Shown here piece by piece: positions 41,165-53,490 of a stretch of 64,000 nucleotides of DNA. The DNA lies in contig OX597828.1 of NCBI GenBank assembly GCA_951406725.2, positions 7,130,001 to 7,194,000 on the forward strand. The letters run 5' to 3'. The notes beneath the pieces were generated by a model, which had not been told where the DNA came from, did no database searches, and worked only from the letters and a program-made list of their open reading frames with translations. A program made the translations under genes and the position numbers. Source of the stretch: Octopus vulgaris (Eukaryota). Every line of letters begins with the position of its first letter. The first letter of the stretch is position 1.

Positions 41165-41789
41165 CATACATACATACATACATACATACACACACACATA
41201 CATATACGCACATGTTTCTTTCTATTAAATTTCATTCAGTCCCGACCGATCAAAATATATTACATACAAACATACCATGCAAAAAGCCACGCACTCGTAT
41301 AGTACAGACACACACATGCTTCAAATCACTCACTCACACACACACACACACCGCTACACACAGTAACGAACAGACACCCTCATACATATACACAGACACA
41401 CAGCCACACGCAGTGAGGAACAGTCACACAAGAGGCAATAGTAACCGGCCGGTCGTCCATTCATTCATTCACTCATTCATTATTTATCACTTCCTCTGCC
41501 TCTCGCTACACCTCTCACACTATTCTTTTTCTCCCCCTCCCTCCTCCCATCACTACTTCATTTGCTTCACTTGTCTCCTCCCTCTCCGCTTCCTCCGTCC
41601 ACACCTCCATGCTGGAAGTAGAACTGACGTAGAGGTGGGTGACACAGTCCTTGCAGAAACCCCACCTTGAAAACCTCAGCTTCCCTCCTCCTTAAATTCT
41701 ATCTTCTACTCTATCTACTCCTCCTCTGTATTTGTCCTTCCTTCTTCGTCGCAATTATCTGTTTTAGTTCCTTTATAAATGCACACACA

Positions 41790-41834
<45 letters not shown>

Positions 41835-42127
41835 CATACGCAAACGCGTCTATATAACCTAAATCTGTTTCTATAAATCTATCTATATTTTATATCCGTA
41901 TGTCTATATCTTTATATCGTGAGCTCTACCTATATACGTGTGTGTATGTAGGTGTATATATATACACCTACATACACATACATGTATGTATATATGTGTG
42001 CGTGTGTGTATTTATATATATATGTATATATACATACATATATATGTGTGTGTATATATATACAAACATACACACATGCATACATACATATATATACGTA
42101 GATAAAACTAAAAAAGTGACAGAGCCA

Positions 42128-42192
<65 letters not shown>

Positions 42193-42201
42193 AGTGTGAG
42201 A

Positions 42202-42243
<42 letters not shown>

Positions 42244-42663
42244 CATCTATGTATGTATATCCCTACTTACTTATCTCTCTCTATCTGTAAGAGCGTATAT
42301 TTACATATACATATTGATATATGCCTATATATTTACTTATATACGCGTGTGTTAGTGTTATACACACACACACATACAAAGACAAAGAGGGAGAAAAAGA
42401 GGGTGAGTGAATGAGAGAACATTATATGCTTTTGCGCGTAGACATATATATGTATACACATTCAGACATGCAAACACACAAATATACTGGTTGTATGTAT
42501 GTATGTATGTATGTATGTATGTATGTATGTATGTATGTATGTATGTATGTGTGTATGTGTGTGTGTATATGTGTGTGTGTATGTGTGTGTGTGTATGTAG
42601 GAATGTATGTATGTATGTATGAATCTCTCAATTTCATTCTTTTATAACTGCTTTATTTTCTTT

Positions 42664-42737
<74 letters not shown>

Positions 42738-43391
42738 TTCGTGTTCATCTTTGATTTTTTTTTTCTGTAACAGCCCACCACTATGAGCCACTACTGATGG
42801 TAGCCATCATCATCATCATCACCACTACCACCACCACCACCATCATCGTCGTCATCATTACCAACAGCTGTAAAAAGAAAAAAAATGCAGAAACACCTCC
42901 AACCATGGCTCCGGAAAGAATGCTCGTTGCCATCACCTTTAAACGCATCGCTCCACGCACACTATTATCCCCCACCACCACCACCATCATCACTATCATC
43001 GCAACGGCATTCAGTGATAAGCTGATGGTGTTGGCGGTGATGTTGCTGCTGCTGATGATGATGGTGGTAGTGATGGTGGTGGAGATACTTCTATTGGTAG
43101 ACGTCTGACTCTCCTCGATCTGTCTGTGGAACTGTGCGTACAACTGTACCGATGTCAGCCTGAACATTCAGGCTATGTCAACGTCACACACACATACTTT
43201 TCACACTACGATATCGCTCCCTCTCTTTAGCTCTCTCTCTCCTTCTCTCTTTCTTTCGCTCTCGTTCTATCTCTCTTTCTATCCCTTTTCTTTGTATACA
43301 TGAAAATGTCTACGCGTGTTTATAAATATTTTTATTGACTGAAAATACAATAGGAGTTACTCAAATACCTCGACGTTCGTATCAAATACAC

Positions 43392-43448
<57 letters not shown>

Positions 43449-43465
43449 GTGTGCGTGTATTTATG

Positions 43466-43521
<56 letters not shown>

Positions 43522-43711
43522 CAAATGCGTGACTGTGGGTGTGGGTGTGAGCACCTCTGATCGAGTAAATTTATTTATAAGCGGTCCATCTCGAATTTTT
43601 TGTATTTTGCTGTTGTTATGTTTGTGGTGGGTTCATGTATATTGTCTAATGAACTGTAGATTGGATGTAATCAAAGGGTAATTTGGCTGCTATTTCTAGG
43701 AGGGCAAGCGA

Positions 43712-43890
43712 CCAAGGCATAAGGCAACCTTCTTTCGAGAGGTGGGCCGCTTGAGCTACGGCTCGTCATCAGGCAAGCCGCCCTATTAAGAAAATTCAAG
43801 GTAATTTTTAGTTACTCGTGCTATTCGAAAAGTCCGGCGGGCCGCAGGTTGTTTATGATTGATTCAGAAGCCACACCGTTGGGCCGCATG
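43712..43890. mobile_element. Possible hAT (Charlie-like) terminal remnant
   Basis: GGCAACCTT followed by three GGGCCGC motifs typical of Charlie subtermini. The second end and TSD were not found. Confidence 0.3.
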
Positions 43891-44009
43891 TATTGATAAA
43901 CAATAGATGTGTCTGTATGCTTGTGCTGTCGGGCGCGCGCGTGTTTGATTGTATGGGTATAAATGTGTTCGGGTGATTGAAGTTCGGTCACTGTTGAAAT
44001 ATATTTTAA

Positions 44010-44440
44010 GGCAGTGAGCAAACAGAAACGTTGGCACGCCGGGCAAAAGCGTCATTTCATTTGTCCTTACGTTCTGAGTTCAAATTCCGCTGACGTTGAG
44101 CTTACCTTTCATCCTTTAGGGACTGATAAAATGAATACCAGTTGAGCACTGGGGTTAATTTAATCGACTTAGCCACTTCCTCAAAATTGCTGGCCTTGTG
44201 CCAAAATTTTAAATCAATATTTTAGAATATTTTATGGCGGCGTGCCAGCACGTCGGACGAAATGCTTCGCGGCCTTTCGTCCGTCTTTACGTTCTGAGTT
44301 CAAATCCCACCTAGGCTGTCATTGCCTTTCATTCATTCGGGGTGGATAAAGTATCAATCGAGTACTGGGGTCGATGTAATCGACTTGCTCCATTCGCGCA
44401 GAATTTCGGACCTTGTGCCCATAGTAAAGAAAAGGGATAT
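44010..44440 (+). mobile_element. Two tandem SINE family B copies
   Basis: Copies at 44010-44220 and 44235-44440 carry the two alternative family B 3' ends. Confidence 0.82.
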
Positions 44441-44884
44441 TTAAAAATCTTTCAACTTTATATTGAACCTACAAATTGAAAAGATGGGTACCATTAGAGT
44501 GAGCCGGTTATGCTCCGGGTATCAGACATAACCGTACCATTCTTTTTTTCGAGTATTATTGAATATTAGGGGTTTATAGCATCCAATATGTAACTCACCT
44601 ATTGAGTTACGGAAAAAAAATTGCTTTGCAGTTCATTCACGTTCGAAACCCACCCCACCCTAAGATCGATAAAATAACTGCTAGGTTGTTTTTCCTTATT
44701 TTCATTTCCATTCTGTACTGCACATCGGTACAATGTTCGACGATTCCAGAACAATATAACTTTTTTTTTTTTATGAGATGGTGATCCTGGAATGGTGGGG
44801 TTTCTTGACTGGGTCTCACTGGAGGCTTTCTTGTAATGAGGAGGACAGTACCACCCATCTATTCACATATTTTGTGTGCCATCT

Positions 44885-45272
44885 TCTAACTTTTATCATT
44901 AGACTTCGGCCATGCTGGGGTACCACTTTGAAGAAATTTCAGTCGCATAAATTGACCCCAGTTTTTTTTTCTTTCTTTTTTTTTTTTCTTCTGCAGAATC
45001 GCTAAAGTACGAGAGATTGACAAACCAACACCGGTTGTCAAGCTATGGTGGAGGATAGACATAAAGACAGACGCGACCACGCGCGCGGGCACACACACAC
45101 ACACACACACACTCTCATAAACACACACAGATGAATGCGACTGGCTTCTTCCAGGTTCCGTCTAGCAAATCCTCTCATAAGGCCTTGGTCGGTAGAAGAC
45201 ACTTGATGAAGCTGCCACACAATAGGACTGAACCCGGAACACATGGGGTTTGGAAGCAAGCTCCTTACCACA
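44885..45272 (-). mobile_element. SINE family A, diverged
   Basis: Tail, CCGGTTGTCAAGC body and head motifs appear in order. Confidence 0.72.
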
Positions 45273-45464
45273 CATCCACCTCCTCTTTCTTATCATCATC
45301 ATCATCGTCATTATTCATATTTACTATGTGAAGAGATTGCTAATCTATTGTTCTACGAAGAAAAATCCACGAGAAAGAGGGGAAAAGACAGAGAGAGAGG
45401 GGGAGAGAAAGAGAGAGAGAGAGAGGAAGAGAGAGAGAGAGAAAGAGGGGACGAGAGAGAGAGA

Positions 45465-45615
45465 GGTACAAGGCCTGAAATTTTGGGGGAGGGAGTAAGT
45501 CGATTACATCGACTCCAGTTCTCAACTGGTACTTGATTCATCGACCCTGGCGGAATTTGAACTCAGACGAAATGCAGTTAAGCATTTTACCCAGCGTGCA
45601 AACGATTCTGCCACC

Positions 45616-45653
<38 letters not shown>

Positions 45654-45872
45654 CCTTTCTACTATAGGCACAACGCCTGGGTTTTTGTGGAGAGGGGGCG
45701 GACAAATCGATCACATCGACTCCAGTACTTGACTGGTACTTAATTTATCGATTCCAAAAGGATGAAAAGCAAAGTCGACCTTGGCGGAATTTGAACTCAA
45801 AACGTAGAGAAAGACGAAATCCCGCTAAGCATTTTACTTGGTGTGCTAGTGATTCTGCCAGCTCGCAGCCGT
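45465..45872 (-). mobile_element. Two SINE family B copies separated by (AAT)n
   Basis: 45465-45617 (internally deleted) and 45650-45872. Confidence 0.82.
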
Positions 45873-46319
45873 AAAGATAATAATAATAACAATTAAAAAC
45901 ATACACTCCTTTGCGTACATTATGCACTCGGCTGTATAGTAAATATCAACCAAAATAGATTTCAAGTCAGCAACACCGAATCTACGAATTACTAGAAATA
46001 GCAGACATATGATACGCCAGTCAAAGACTTATTGCTTGAAAATCGGAAGTTTGCTGGAAGGAGGGAGCGTTAGTGGGAGAGTGAGGAAAAGAGAGAAAAT
46101 TAGAGAGTGGGGTGGGGCAAGGATGGAAGACTTTCTCTCATAGATGGAATATCATACCTCCCCGAAGATCTGGTTTTGGGATTGTCTGGGCCAGATCATC
46201 GGCACCAGACTACGGTAATTTCCTTCCAAGCCCTTCCCCCGTAAACACTAGTTAGGGTTTGTCTCTTATTTCTGGTTTTATATTTGCAGTCGTTTCGTAT
46301 AGACATAACGTTTGTGTGG

Positions 46320-46746
46320 AAGACATGATTGCGGGGTTAAGAAATTCGCTTCATACCCATGTGGTCCCTATGTGGTCCCTCTGTCAGACATCTTGAGAAA
46401 ATATCTTTTACGGATGAAGGCGTAGTTGTGTGGTCAAAAGGTCCGTTATATAACCATGGTGTTTCGGGTTCAGTCCTACTATGCAGCATCCTTTATTTTT
46501 TACTTGTTTCAGTCATTAGACTGCGGCCATGTTGGAGCATCACTTCGGAAATGTTTAGTCGAACGAATCGATCCCGACCCCACACCGTACTGTACTTATT
46601 TTTTTTTTTTAAAGCCTAGTACTTAGTTTATCGGTTTCCTTTTGCCGAACTGCTAGATTACGTAGACGAAAACACACCGACACTGGTTGACAAGTGGGGT
46701 TGGGACAGAGACACAAAGACACGCACACAAACACGCACACAAACAC

Positions 46747-46816
<70 letters not shown>

Positions 46817-47495
46817 ACACACTCACATATATATGCATATATATTCTTTTATTCTTTTACTTGTTTCACTCATCTGACTGCGGCCATGCTGGAGCACCGC
46901 CTTAAAGGATTTTAGTCGAAGAAATCGACCCCAAGACTTTTTCTTTGTAAGCTTAGTCTATCGGTCTATTTTGTCGAACTGCTAAGTTACGGGGACATAA
47001 ACACACAAGCATCGGCTACACACGACGGGCTTCTTTCACATGGTTCCGAGTTCAGTCCCACTGTGTGGGCCAAATATCTTCTATTATTGCCTCGACCCGA
47101 CCAAAGCCTTGTGAGTGGATTTGGTAGGCGGAAACTGAAAGAAGCTTGTCGTGTATGTGAATATATATATATATATGTGCGTGTATGTGTGTGCGCGCGC
47201 GCGCGCGTGTGTGTGTATGTTTCTCCCCCCCCACACACACACACACAAACCCGCTTGGCAACCAGTGTTGGTGTGTTTACATCCCGGAAGGAAAAATACA
47301 AAACTTTTAAAAAGAAGTACTGGGATTCATTCAGCGACTTGAACAAGTAAAAGATATAGGATGGGATTCCAAACAGTTTCCAAAAAATTGACGGCCGGGA
47401 GATATAATGGAAGACACCCGCCTAATGTGCCGCGTGGAGGGACTGAGCCCGAGATCTCCTGCTCTTGAGGCGAGCTTCTAAACCACACAGCTATA
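46320..47495. mobile_element. Nested cluster of SINE family A pieces in both orientations
   Basis: Heads at 46320-46490 (+). Tails at 46490-46740 and 46843-47040 (-). Copy at 47037-47356 (+). Decayed head at 47360-47495 (-). Confidence 0.78.
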
Positions 47496-47547
47496 TCAGT
47501 ACCTAGAATTTCTGGCCCATCTATTTCGGTTGTAACGCATATGAAAG

Positions 47548-47596
<49 letters not shown>

Positions 47597-47852
47597 TAAT
47601 GTTTATGTGTTTGAAATTCGTTACGAAACAGAGTGAAGAAATTTATACAACTGTACGGAAGAATGCAGATGGAGAGGGTGGTGAGAGAGAGGGAGGGAGC
47701 AACCAGCATAAAATTTAGTGAAGCTGTCTAATATTTCCCCTTAAATTTGTTTCAGAGGAGTTGCGGAAAAGAAGGCTGAAATTAAGTATACTTACATATA
47801 TCCCCTTAATCTCTTTGGCATTCTGCCCTCTTGAATCACACACAGACATATA

Positions 47853-47914
<62 letters not shown>

Positions 47915-47955
47915 GGTAAAAAATTAATGAGTGCGTGCGTTACATAAAGAATATT

Positions 47956-48061
47956 TTCAGGATTAAATAAAAAGACAACAAACGGAAAATATGACATACA
48001 AAAGAATTATATATATAGGTATGTCATATTTTCCGTTTGTTGTCTTTTTATTTTATCCTGA

Positions 48062-48062
<1 letters not shown>
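47956..48062. repeat. Inverted repeat, 44-nt arms
   Basis: Arms 47956-47999 and 48019-48062 with one mismatch and a 19-nt spacer. Confidence 0.92.
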
Positions 48063-48084
<22 letters not shown>

Positions 48085-48093
<9 letters not shown>

Positions 48094-48424
48094 TACATAC
48101 AATATTAAATATGTACATATATACACAAGGGTACTACATGAGTACCTATATCGCTAATGATAGAAGTCAAAAAATACTTCTGTTCACCGAATAGTCACAA
48201 ATCCATTACAGACAAGATAGGAAAAAATATCCGAACAATAATAATGTCTTACCTCAAATTGGTCAGAACAAGTAAATGCTTATCAACTCGGTACCGGTTT
48301 CGGAATTTAGCGCCACCCAGGCGGTACAGAAGTATTTTTTGACTTCTATCATTAGCGATATAGGTACTCATGTAGTACCCTTGTGTATATATGTACATAT
48401 CTAATATTGTATGTATATATTTTA
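48085..48424. repeat. Inverted repeat, 99-nt arms (probably Penelope-like pLTR-derived)
   Basis: Arms 48085-48183 and 48326-48424 with one mismatch. The spacer holds a half-hammerhead motif GAAACCGGTA on the minus strand. Confidence 0.85.
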
Positions 48425-48489
48425 TTAATTTACCTGTGCGGCTGATAATTCGCTTACCAATTGTGATGGTATTTTAATAATACCATCCC

Positions 48490-48520
<31 letters not shown>

Positions 48521-48618
48521 TGTGTGTGTAAACATGTATATCTATCTACCTCTCACTCTCACTATCTATCTGTTTATCTACACACACATACATATATTTA
48601 TGTGTGTGTGTATATATA

Positions 48619-49715
48619 CAGGGTGCAGTGAATATATTGTTATCTAAGTTGTGCAAAGATGTAAATAGCAGTGACAGCTCATTTTAACAGATATTTTTTT
48701 TACCAAAATTACATAAAAATGTTTTGAAAAACTAAGCGGTAAATTTATTCAATTAAATCGCCATTGGCTTCAACCACGGCCTGCAGACGACTTCGGAATC
48801 TGCTGCAACTTTTTGGGACGGTTTCCTTGTTTAAGTTGGTGAATGCTTCTATAATCGTTGCCTTCAGTTCATTTTTTGGTGTTACAAGGAGTTTTGTTGG
48901 TATCTCGCTCATCTGCGCCCCACATGATAAGTAAGGGGTTTGCAGTCTGGGGAGTTAGGTGACCAGATGTTAGGGGTGATGTGGTCGCAGAAATTGTTTG
49001 ACAGCCATAACTGGGCTATCCTGCTTCTGTGGCATGATGCAGAGTGCTGTTGTTAGACATAGGGTCTTCAAGCAGGCAACGTCTTCACCCAGGCCAGCAC
49101 TACCCACTCCAGGCACTTGATGTAGGCTTCCGTGTTGAGTCAAAGGCCGTGTGAGAATTCGAATGGAGGCATAATGTCGCCATCACTAATGATCACTCCA
49201 AATTATGTGGATTATAGAAGCATTCACCAACTTAAGCATGGAAACCGTCCAAAAGAGTTGAAGCAGATTCCGAAGTCGTCTGCAGGCCGTGGTTGAAGCC
49301 AATGGCGATTTAATGGAATAAATTTACAGTTTAGTTTTTTAAGATATTTTGATATAATTTTGGCAAATATATCTGTTAAAATGAGATGTCAGTGTTATTT
49401 TTCATTTTTGCGTAACTTGAAAATATATTCACCATGATGTTGATTGAATGTTTGGTTTTTATACGGCATATCCTCAGATTGACACTCAAACACTCTGAAA
49501 TGTTCGTATCGGAGCTTCCGGCGCGAATGCTAAGCAGTACAATATGTTTTGTCCAAATTTCTGGCTGAGTGAATTGCGTCATAGTGCTGCTTTTCTCATA
49601 GACGGTGCCCAACTGATCCTACTATACTGTGTAGTCGACAAAACAAGAGCAAACAGCTATGCGCATACCTGAAATTAGAATTATAAAATAGTGACAATTC
49701 ACCCATCGCACCCTG
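48619..49715 (-). mobile_element. Decayed Tc1/mariner-superfamily transposon, DD37D (maT-like)
   Basis: TA|CAGGGTGC...GCACCCTG|TA termini. Minus-strand remnant QQ(D>H)SASCHRSRIAQLWLSNNFCDHITPNIWSPNSPDCKPL gives 37 residues between the inferred catalytic positions. C-terminus FRSRLQAVVEANG. Confidence 0.82.
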
Positions 49716-49716
49716 T

Positions 49717-49774
<58 letters not shown>

Positions 49775-49826
49775 TCTATTTAAAAGCAGCAGAAATATAT
49801 AACAAAAGCTGTTACTCGGAGTTTCA

Positions 49827-49864
49827 CTGTCCGACGAACGGGAACGTGAAACTCCGAGTAACAG
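49827..49864 (+). ncRNA. Minimal type I hammerhead ribozyme motif (Penelope-type)
   Basis: CTGT-CCGACGA-ACG(GGAA)CGT-GAAA-CTCCGAG-TA-ACAG. All three helices pair, the core is a U4C variant, and cleavage is predicted after GUA at 49860. Confidence 0.72.
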
Positions 49865-49972
49865 CTTTTGTTATATTTCTGCTGCTTTTAAATAAAGCAT
49901 ATTTCTCTACCTCTGGTATTTGAGTACTCTTTTTTCCCACCTTGTTTCACATTTATGTGCTTTCTCCGGTAC

Positions 49973-50037
<65 letters not shown>

Positions 50038-50107
50038 TATATACATATATACATATATATAGATATACATATATATATATATATATTTATGTATATATAT
50101 ATACATA

Positions 50108-50167
<60 letters not shown>

Positions 50168-50169
<2 letters not shown>

Positions 50170-50357
50170 TGACGGGCTTCTTTCAGTTTCCTTCTACCAG
50201 TTTCACTCACAAGGCTGTGTGTGTGTGTGTGTGTTCGGTTGATTCTACTATAGCTCGAGACTATAGTAGAAGCCACTTGCCCAAGGTGCCACGAAGTAGG
50301 ACTAAACCAGGATTCATGTGATTGCGAAACAAACTTCTTACGACGCAGCCACACCCG
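50168..50357 (-). mobile_element. SINE family A 5' half
   Basis: GACGGGCTTCTTTCAGTTTCC...CACTTGCCCAAGGTGCCACG. Confidence 0.75.
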
Positions 50358-50611
50358 TTTATATCGTCAATGATGATATATGACGGGTGTATGCGTAACA
50401 ACATATCACAGTACCAAATATAACCGTATAACAATAAGCAACGTAACAAGAGTTGGGTATCTTACAATAACCATAAGCAAATAACAATACAATACTCCAA
50501 CGCAGAGTCAATAGCGAGACAAACGCTCTGACAGTTCTGGCTCCTCTGTTTAAAAGACTCGTCCAGTCCACTGACATTCAGGTGCGGCCGTTTACAGTAC
50601 AACAATATATA

Positions 50612-50691
<80 letters not shown>

Positions 50692-50716
50692 GTGAGAGAG
50701 AGATAGACAGATAGAT

Positions 50717-50774
<58 letters not shown>

Positions 50775-50814
50775 GGATGGATGGATGGATGGATGGATGG
50801 GTGGATGGATAGAT

Positions 50815-51366
50815 AACTTTCTTTACTGGCCACACAGGGCTGCACACAAAAGAGAGCTTTTATTTTTTCGGGAATGAAAAAGAAAAAGGGGGGAAAAACG
50901 AGGAAAACAAGTAAAATTCTGATCAAAAGGGATCGGAAAAAAAAAGACGATCAAAAGGGATCGTGTATCATAGAAGAATTTTTAAAATGTAGAAAGCAAG
51001 ATTAGGTTTATCCATGGAAAGAAAAGCCTATAGAAAAGACCACGGTAGCCTCAGGCAGGGGGGAATAAACACACGAGAGCAAAGTACCCTCTCTCTCTCT
51101 CTCACTTTTTCGATTTACAGGATCATGCTCAAAGTGGTTTCGTCACTCGCACTCACCATCTTTGCTACATTCACCCACCTGTTTTTCAAACTTTCACGTG
51201 ACAAAACCTGCCTCTCCATTCTGACCTTCCGTTTCAAGTGGTACTTGAAAAAGTTGATGAGCGATTGACCTGAGAGGTGTTTGTCTCTAATCCTTTCGCT
51301 CGAGTCCACCTCACACATTCTTTCACCATGGCCACCAGCACGATAAAGACTGCCTTGCCTTCCCGG

Positions 51367-51367
<1 letters not shown>
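50815..51367 (-). mobile_element. Tx1-like LINE 3' fragment, divergent subfamily
   Basis: Encodes REGKAVFIVLVAMVKECVRWTR and LSGQSLINFFKYHLKRKVRMERQVLS...TLSMIL*. The 3' end abuts a GATA/GATG array. Confidence 0.85.
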
Positions 51368-51421
<54 letters not shown>

Positions 51422-51518
51422 ATCCAAACAAGAAAACACAAAAAAAAAACACAACAACGCGAGGACGTGGAACAAATACAGTATTATTGGACGCTCAGGA
51501 AAGAAGGGAAGAAGGAGG

Positions 51519-51553
51519 GTTTAACGTTTCGAGCGGAGCTCTTCGTCGGAAAC
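51519..51553 (-). ncRNA. Minimal type I hammerhead ribozyme motif within a Penelope-like fragment (~51418-51630)
   Basis: Minus strand GTTT-CCGACGA-A-GAGC(TCC)GCTC-GAAA-CG-TT-AAAC, with palindromic ACGT helix III. Confidence 0.7.
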
Positions 51554-51685
51554 ATAGGAGAAGGAAAGATCCCGAGAAGGGAAGACAGAGGAAAAAAATC
51601 GGCAGCGGTACTCACGAGGTCACATATTGAAAATATATATATATATCATATATCATATATATACATACATACATATATATATATA

Positions 51686-52195
51686 TCTATATATATAAAA
51701 CTGTAGTTGTGTGAGTGTCTGTCCCCTTCGATTTAGATTCCTAACTACTCCTACATTTTGCGGTGCAGTTTAACCAAATTCAGGTATCTTATAGTCGTGA
51801 TCCATATCGAGCCCGTCTGGCTATTAGCGCGCGTCTACGATGAGTCTACGATTTTAAAAATAATTTAACATCATTTTTTATTCCATTTTAATGCATAATT
51901 TTTCGTGTCGATGGCGGCGGAGTTGGCGTCCATGGTCACACCTGCACCTGTTTGCTTCTCCCCCTTCTTCCCTCCCTCGTGAAGCTGTGGGGAAGGGTGT
52001 GTAAGGAAATCAACGTCGTAAAGCGTTGTCAAGGAGACCAGCGTTCTTTTAGAACAACAACTTCATGGCTTGAAGACACCAAAACAGAAATGGCTAAGAA
52101 AGCCCGAATTGGCATCTATAAGGGAAGTAACTCTCTAAAAATGCTTATATAGTTATTTCCCTTACAAACCCGAGCAACGCCGGGCGATACTGCTA

Positions 52196-52196
<1 letters not shown>
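51686..52196 (+). mobile_element. Non-autonomous Helitron
   Basis: A|TCTATATATATAAAACTG...ACAAACCCGAGCAACGCCGGGCGATACTGCTAG|T. Confidence 0.87.
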
Positions 52197-52274
<78 letters not shown>

Positions 52275-52277
52275 GAG

Positions 52278-52340
<63 letters not shown>

Positions 52341-52714
52341 CTTACATACACATATATACATATACATTCATTTATAAACTTGCAAATTCACCTTTTTGGC
52401 GTGCGCGCACACATACATATATGTTTCCGGCGGTTCTTATTGAAAGTGGTGGTAGGAAAAAAATTGATATTCTGAGACAAAGCGATCTGGTCAGAATACT
52501 TGCTCCTGACTGAACTCGATTGAAATCCTCTAAAAGTTAGACGTTGGTGCTAAATTAGGCGATGTTTGAAGTCCAGCGACCAGAGTTATGGAAAGCACCT
52601 GTCCGGTTCCTGTCGTGGGGCACTTGTTTAACGATCGGTATTGGCGATCAAGAAAACACCGCGCACTCATACACTCATACATGTCGTCTTCAAGAACTAT
52701 ATCTTTGACTTATT

Positions 52715-53490
52715 CACAGGCCTGGCTGTGTGGTAAGAAGCTTGTTTCCCAACTACATGGTTTCGGTTTCAAGCCTGCTGTCTGGCACCTAGGGTAATTG
52801 TCTTCTAGGATCTTTTCTTTGTGAACGGCACTTTGTAACATAATTTCTAGGTAACTAAAAAGTTTTAAACTTCGTATAATGGTAGAATGTGTTTATAAAA
52901 CATCATTTTCTCTTGGCTTTTTTGAGAAAATTCTATAAGTTGTAAGATATTTCATCTTTAATTTGGAGCATTTCGGCAATTTTAACCAATCGCTGACGTC
53001 CATTTAGGTAAATAACATTCTGTGCACAATGAATATGTCCCTCCTTTAAGAAACAGATTGGGTTTATTTACATTTGTGAAGAAAAAAAGATACCCTTCCC
53101 CAACCCCTAACTTTTTAGTTACCTAGAAATTATGTTACAAAGTGCCGTTCAAAAGGAAAAGATCCGTCTTCTACTATTGTCTTGGGTCAACCAAAGCATT
53201 GTGATGGATTTGGTAGACGGGAACTGAAAGAAGTCCACCGTGTGTGTTTATGTGTGTCTATGTACGTGCGTGTGCGCGTTTGTCTCTGTGTTTGTTTCTA
53301 ACCACCGCTTGAAAACCGGTGCTAGTTTCTTTACGTCCCCTTAACTTAGCAGTTAGACCAATATGATTAAAGTACCAGACTTTAAAAAGTTTAAGTACTT
53401 TAGTCGACTTGTTTGACTAAATCTTTCAAGTCGGTGCTCCAACAGGGCTGCAGTCCAATGACGGTAACAAGCAAAAGTTAAAAGATATAG
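52715..53490 (+). mobile_element. Old SINE family A split by MITE copy 5
   Basis: Head at 52715-52807 resumes at 53166 after the TSD. Confidence 0.78.
52808..53165 (-). mobile_element. MITE copy 5, rearranged (same end type at both termini)
   Basis: TSD GTCTTCTA at 52800-52807 and 53166-53173. About 56-nt terminal inverted repeats. Confidence 0.9.

Noticed and set aside
42781-43167. 128-aa ORF as a membrane protein
   Set aside because: Hydrophobic runs arise from triplet repeats, the opposite strand is equally open, and no domain is recognisable.
43757-43773. Hammerhead-like CTGATGA-C-GAGC-CGTA-GCTC on the minus strand
   Set aside because: No GAAA, helix III or helix I follows.
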